Shown here in pieces: positions 42,815 through 64,000 of a stretch of 64,000 nt of DNA. Every line of letters starts with the position of its first letter. The first letter of the stretch is position 1. Below the pieces are notes generated by a model. It searched no databases. It was not told where the DNA came from and saw only the letters and a program-made list of their open reading frames with translations. The translations under genes and the position numbers were made by a program. The stretch comes from the human T2T-CHM13v2.0 reference genome, Homo sapiens, in NCBI RefSeq assembly GCF_009914755.1, contig NC_060932.1; one strand, 5' to 3'.

Positions 42815-42945
42815 TTACTATGAATGGAGCTTGCAGGACTGGCAGCTGCTGTGGGTGAGTCAGTGAGTAGTAAGTGAGTGAAGGCCAAGGACATTACTGC
42901 ACACTACTATAGACTTTAAAAACACTGTACCCCTAGGCTACACTA

Positions 42946-43386
<441 letters not shown>

Positions 43387-43390
43387 TTAA

Positions 43391-44508
<1,118 letters not shown>

Positions 44509-44542
44509 CTTAGCTTAAAACACATATTGTACAGTGGTATAA

Positions 44543-44813
<271 letters not shown>

Positions 44814-45600
44814 TGACCAGGCTGGTCGCGAACTCCTGACCTCAGGTGATCCACCCGCCTCAGCATCCCAAAATGCTGGGATTACAGGCATAAGCCACCG
44901 CGCCCCAATGAAATATTTTCTTTTTTTAATGTCTTCATCGGATAAGCTTTTTTTCCATTAAAAAAATACTTATTTTTTACTTTTTAGACTTTTATTGTTA
45001 CAAATGAAGACACAAACATACACACTAGCCTAGGCTTACACAGGGTCACAGTCATTATCATTGCATTCCACCTCCATATCTTGTCTCACATAAAGGTCCT
45101 CAGGGACAATAATATGCCTGGAGCTGTCATCTCCTATGATAACAATGTCTTCTTCTGGATACCTCCTGAAGGACCTGCCTGAGGCTGTTTATCTTATAAG
45201 TAGGAGTATACTCTAAGATAATGATAAGGGCCAGGTGCGGTGGCTCATGCCTGTAATCCCAACACTTTGGGAGGCCGAGGTGGGCAGATGACTTGAGTCA
45301 AGACCAGCCTGGCCAACATGGTGAAACCCCATATCTATTAAGAAAACACAAAAATTAGCCAGGCGTGTTAGCACACGCTTGTAATCCCAGCTACTCAGGA
45401 AGCTGAGGCAGGAGGATTGCTGGAACCCAGGAGGCAAAGGTTGCAGTGAGCACAGATCATGTCACTGTACTCCAGCCTGGGTGACAGAGCAAGATCCTGT
45501 CTCAAAAATAAGTAAATAAATAAAGATAAAATAGTATGGTAAACACATAAACTACCAACACAGTTGTTTACTAGCAAGTATTCTATACTGTACCTAACTG

Positions 45601-46621
<1,021 letters not shown>

Positions 46622-47215
46622 ACTCTATGTGCTATACTTTTCTATGACTGGCAGTGCAGTAGCTTTGTTTATACCAGCATCACTACAAACACATGAGTAA
46701 TGCTTCGTGCTGTGAGGTTACAATGTCTGCAACATCACCAGGCAATAAGAATTTTTCAGCTTATAGGTTAGATGATAAAGATTATAATCTTTCAGGACCA
46801 CCAGCACATATATATGTGGTCCATTGTTGACTGGAATGTCATTGTGTGGCACATGACTGTACTTAAATTAGATAATGTATATGAAGAGTTTTTCATAATG
46901 CCTGGAGTACATCATATAAATTCAATAAGTGAAAGCTTTATTTTGAGTGGTTACATCTCTATTACAAAGTTGCCAAGAACATTAGCTTTGGAATTAAAGA
47001 GAGCTGCAGAGTTCTTATTATGAAAAAAATGAGGGTTATTTGTTGAAAGGCTCATAACACTTTGAGCTGAAGGTAGAGAACAGATGTAGGCTCTCAAAAA
47101 GAATGTGGCTAATTGAAGTTGTGCTTGCTTGAATCTTCCTCATCTCTTCAGACACCTCAGGACTCCTCAATCCTGAAGCTATTTCCATCAGAGTCTCTGC
47201 TTTACCATTTGGAAA

Positions 47216-51151
<3,936 letters not shown>

Positions 51152-51494
51152 ATGGTTTCTGTTCTTATCAGAGGCTTGTTCATTCAATCTTGTCTGCTTC
51201 GGAAGATCACTTCTAGAATTAACTGTCAGTCTTTGCCATCTTCCAGTTCTCTCTACTGAACACTTCCACAAGCATAAAGCCATCTTCAAAACAAAAACAG
51301 ATCTTCCCTTGAACACACATGCACATAAAGCTACAGCCCTATTTTTTCCACTCCAGGGAAAAACTTGAAGATATTCCCGGTTAGCATTTTTACTTCCTCT
51401 TTTCCCCTTTACTCTTTAACCCTCTCAGCTGGACTTCCACCCTAACCACTCCACAAAAACTGCTTTATCAGACGATTAATGAGGTCTATGTTTC

Positions 51495-52402
<908 letters not shown>

Positions 52403-52626
52403 AGTTGCTAAACACAGTGTTTATTTTTTCTGTTCCGATTTTCCTTCAAGTCTCGAACATATGTGAAATAGTGAATTACTCCCTCATTCTTCATTCTAGA
52501 AATACTCTCTTTTCTTGGCATCTGGGGAGACACTCTTCTGATTTTCCTACTATCTACCTAGGAAGAAGGCTATTTCTTCAGTTAACTTTTCTTCTTTTTT
52601 ATTTTTTATTTATTTATTTAGGGTCT

Positions 52627-57947
<5,321 letters not shown>

Positions 57948-59148
57948 TACTGACCTTCATCAATAAGCAGGAAAATACTTAGATAGGTACTATTTATTTA
58001 CATTCTAATACATTTTACAGTTATTAAATACAACTGTCTTTGTACTTCTCTGCATTTTATTTTATGGATTTAAACTTGTGCAGCTCTTCCATTTACTAGC
58101 ACAATGAGCCAGAGCAAATTTCTTCCCCTCTGTTTCCTCGTGGATGAAATGAAGATTAAAAATGTGCATCACAAGGTTGTTATGAGAATTCACTGAGATG
58201 ATTTTCATAATGAACCATAGAGCACCAGGCTCATAGTAGGTACCTAACAAGATATTCTTTCCATTGCCTGTCTCCCAAAACTCTTATGATTATGGAGTTC
58301 TTAATGAATTTCAAGATAATAATTGGTGTATGACATTATGACATTTTCCAGACCTGTGTAGTGTTATTAAATCTTAATTGTAGCTACTGCTAAAAATATC
58401 TAAGACCAGTTGCTTAATCTGACTTTGACCTTGACATATTTAAATACTGACAGGGTGTTTGGAAGCCTAGTTTCAGTTTTGACTAGTGTTTTCTGAATAG
58501 CTTTGGGTAAATAATTTATTGTTTCTATCTAAAACAATGGTCCCTTGCCTTTGCATAACTTTCAGTACATAAGTTTGAATGTAATTTATAAAATTGAGAT
58601 GGTTATTAATAAGAATAAAGAGATAAGGTGTTTTCTCAGAAAGCATGCATAATTAATATTATTGCCTTAATGATTAAATTGTACTTAATGAACCATATTC
58701 TGCCAGAGTCTGAAGTAGTCCCTTGTTAATTAGAATAACCTTTGAAATCATTACCTTTGGGTGTCTATTTGATATCAGCGAGGTGTGACATATTAAGTAG
58801 CCAGGTTATCCAGGCTCCAAAGATCAGTGCATTATAAATCACCAAGTATTTATGAAATGCCTACTTTTCTGTAAATTCCTTGAGAGCAGCAGCCATATAT
58901 TTTTCATCCCCTACCATTTATGAATCACAGTTATCTGAGATGTATTAAATTTAGTGGCTTCTCTTCAAGGATTTATAAGGAAGATACGAAAATTGCAAAT
59001 GGGTTTTTTTTTTACAATGGTTTCCCTTAACATAGTTTTCTATAGAAATGTATGCATATGTGTATTTCTATACAAATGCATAACTTTTACATAAGTAATT
59101 ATATAAATGAAAATGGTAATAAAAATATATTTGTAATATGTAACATAT

Positions 59149-59150
<2 letters not shown>

Positions 59151-59242
<92 letters not shown>

Positions 59243-59523
59243 GAGACAGGGTCTTACTCTGTCACCCAGGCTGGAATGTAGTGGCACAATCTTGGCTCAT
59301 TGAAACCTCCACCTCCCGGGTTCAAGCGATTCTCCTGCCTCGGCCTCCCGAGTAGCTAGGACTACAGGCGTGCACCACCATGCCCAGCTAATTTTTGTAT
59401 TTTTAGTAGAGACGGGGTTTTCCCATGTTGCCCAGGCTGGTCTCGAACTCCTGACCTCAAGTGATCCACCTGCCTTGGCCTCCCAAAGTGCTGGATTATA
59501 GGCATGAGCCATCACACCTGGCC
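59151..59523 (-). mobile_element. AluS with a compound (CT)n(AT)n(T)n tail
   Basis: CT repeat 59151-59186, AT repeat to ~59213, T run to 59242, then a reverse Alu. Confidence 0.9.
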
Positions 59524-59684
59524 AATATACACTTATAAGTATATGACATAGTAAATATGCAATGCATTATGTTTCTAACTTAGTCCATAAACTTGAAGTG
59601 ATCCCAAAATAAATAAAGCAACCAAATTGCTACTTCCTTTTGAGCATAATTACAATATTTAAATTTGTTGACTCATTTTTTTAA

Positions 59685-59804
<120 letters not shown>

Positions 59805-60603
59805 TAGGTGTGAGCCACCATACCAGGCCCATATATTTTAATATATAACAAGATGCCTAAGGATCATCACTAGGCCAGGTTTCCCTCCAAAGTGAATCTT
59901 TGGTTCACAACCACTATGTAAATCCCCAAACAGGATGGTGAGACTGAATTGGGGGAAAAGAGAGAGACAGAAAGCATAGGGAGTTGCCGTGAGTCACACT
60001 CCAGTGGCAGAAAAGGGACCAGGAGACTTTTGGTTTGTATTCCTCTGGCTCCCAGGAAATAATATTGGTAATAGGCTCTGCCAAAGTCAGTGTTGATGAT
60101 TTATAAAGTGTCTATCTCTTGTACATCAGGTATTTATGACGCAGAGTCTATGGGATGTGTAGTGGATTCATCCACCAGACAGAAAGAAGTTCTGGATTTC
60201 AAGAGTGACTGCCCTGAAATTTTAGGCAAAGTCCAGATTGTATATCCATTACTCTGCAGAGGGTCATTCCAAAGCGTTCTGTGACTCAAGTTAAGAGCCC
60301 AAAAGATAGGGTTTCATTTGCCCCCCATAATTACTTGGTGAGGGGGATAGTGTGAGGATCATTACCTCAGGGTCCTCCCCCAATCAGGGCCTGTGGGTAA
60401 CAATTAGTGGCCCCACACAGTTCACCAACCAGCTGCTCAGGTAAGCGGGAGCCAAAGTGCATAGGAGCCATGAGCAGGACTGCTGTCTGGGGAGGGAAAG
60501 CGGGAGAGAATGGCAAACAAGCTGGAGAGAATTCCTCATGGTAACATTGTGAGAGGGAGTAGAAGAAGAAAGGCGAGCTCAAATGGAATTGAAGGTGTGA
60601 TGC

Positions 60604-63074
<2,471 letters not shown>

Positions 63075-64000
63075 AATTGATTCCATTCTATAATCAGTAA
63101 ACATCTAATGGTTTGACAAGTATTCAGCATCAGAATGAGAAATTTGGCATTAGGTAATTTATAATAAACACAAAAGATAAATAGGAAATAAGACAATATG
63201 GCCTGGATTTGATAGCAGACACCTGTGCCTAATGGATGATGGGTGTCTGCCAACATTCATAAGCTTCAAAGATGCATCCCAGCCACAGACATAAAGCACT
63301 GATATATAGGATGTCCTTGGGTACACAGGGCAGTTTCCTATGCTAGGGACATATCTTGCTTTAATTTCTCAGCAATGTTTTGTACTTTTCAGTGTAGAGG
63401 TCTTATACATCCTCCATGAGATATATCTCATGGTATTTTGTGTTTCTGATGCAGTTATAAATTATTTTAAAATTTTCATTCCATTTGAGTTTCTTTATCT
63501 TTCCCTTTTTAAAATATAATTCTTTTAAGTATTTACATATGTTGGACATCATATTAGATAACATATAAATTTTTTTAACCATCAAATATGAAACTCTCAG
63601 TTTTAAGGACTTTCTTAAAACTTGAAAAGTGTTGCTGCGGTAAAGAAAGAGGGGAAAAATATTTGCATAGAGACAAAGTTGAAAATATGAATTCCCTTAT
63701 TATGACCATAATTTTTTGTTAAGACATGGAACCAGAAGATTTTGTATCAGAATATAGTTGATTTTGTACTAACAATCAGTGATAAGACATATGATTCAGA
63801 ATAGCTAGCTGTACTCTTGTCTGATAGTTTTTTATTCCAGATACAAAGCAAAATTTAATATACCAAATTTAATTTTGCCACTGGTAACCATTATAAAATT
63901 GAAGACAGTTCTTCAAGAATATTTTGGTTTTCAAACAAAGCCATACTAAAAGATGCAAAAACATTCTTAAACATCCAAAATGTAATTAATAACATTATAA

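Noticed and set aside
63600-64000. Possible processed-pseudogene 3' UTR or octamer (ATTTGCAT, 63661) element
   Set aside because: No ORF, tail or TSD visible, and a single 8-mer is expected by chance.

Overview
Primate DNA, almost certainly human (it carries an AluYa5). The only real protein-coding sequence is exon 1 of TMEM65 on the minus strand (ATG 16897, GT donor after 16594), inside a CpG-island promoter (~16150-17970). Bases 1-16593 are TMEM65 intron 1 and the rest is repeat-dense upstream DNA: ~50 Alus, L1PA/L1PB/L1M, L2, MIR, MLT/MST/MER57/LTR8/MER21 LTRs, MER5 and Tigger3. Almost all other ORFs in the track are repeat or GC-content artefacts. I found no new multi-gene system. The strongest unexplained signals are: (1) a ~317-bp tract where two inverted L1PA copies 27 kb apart differ at ~0.6% against ~6.5% in the flank (probable ectopic gene conversion); (2) a full-length L1PB carrying a ~320-bp 3' transduction with its own ATTAAA inside the TSDs; (3) a MER57-type provirus whose env TM remnant is inverted and split by an AluYa5; (4) a uORF, an in-frame downstream Met63 and an NRF1 motif at the TMEM65 5' end. 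Repeat subfamily names come from recalled consensus sequences, and repeat boundaries are approximate.
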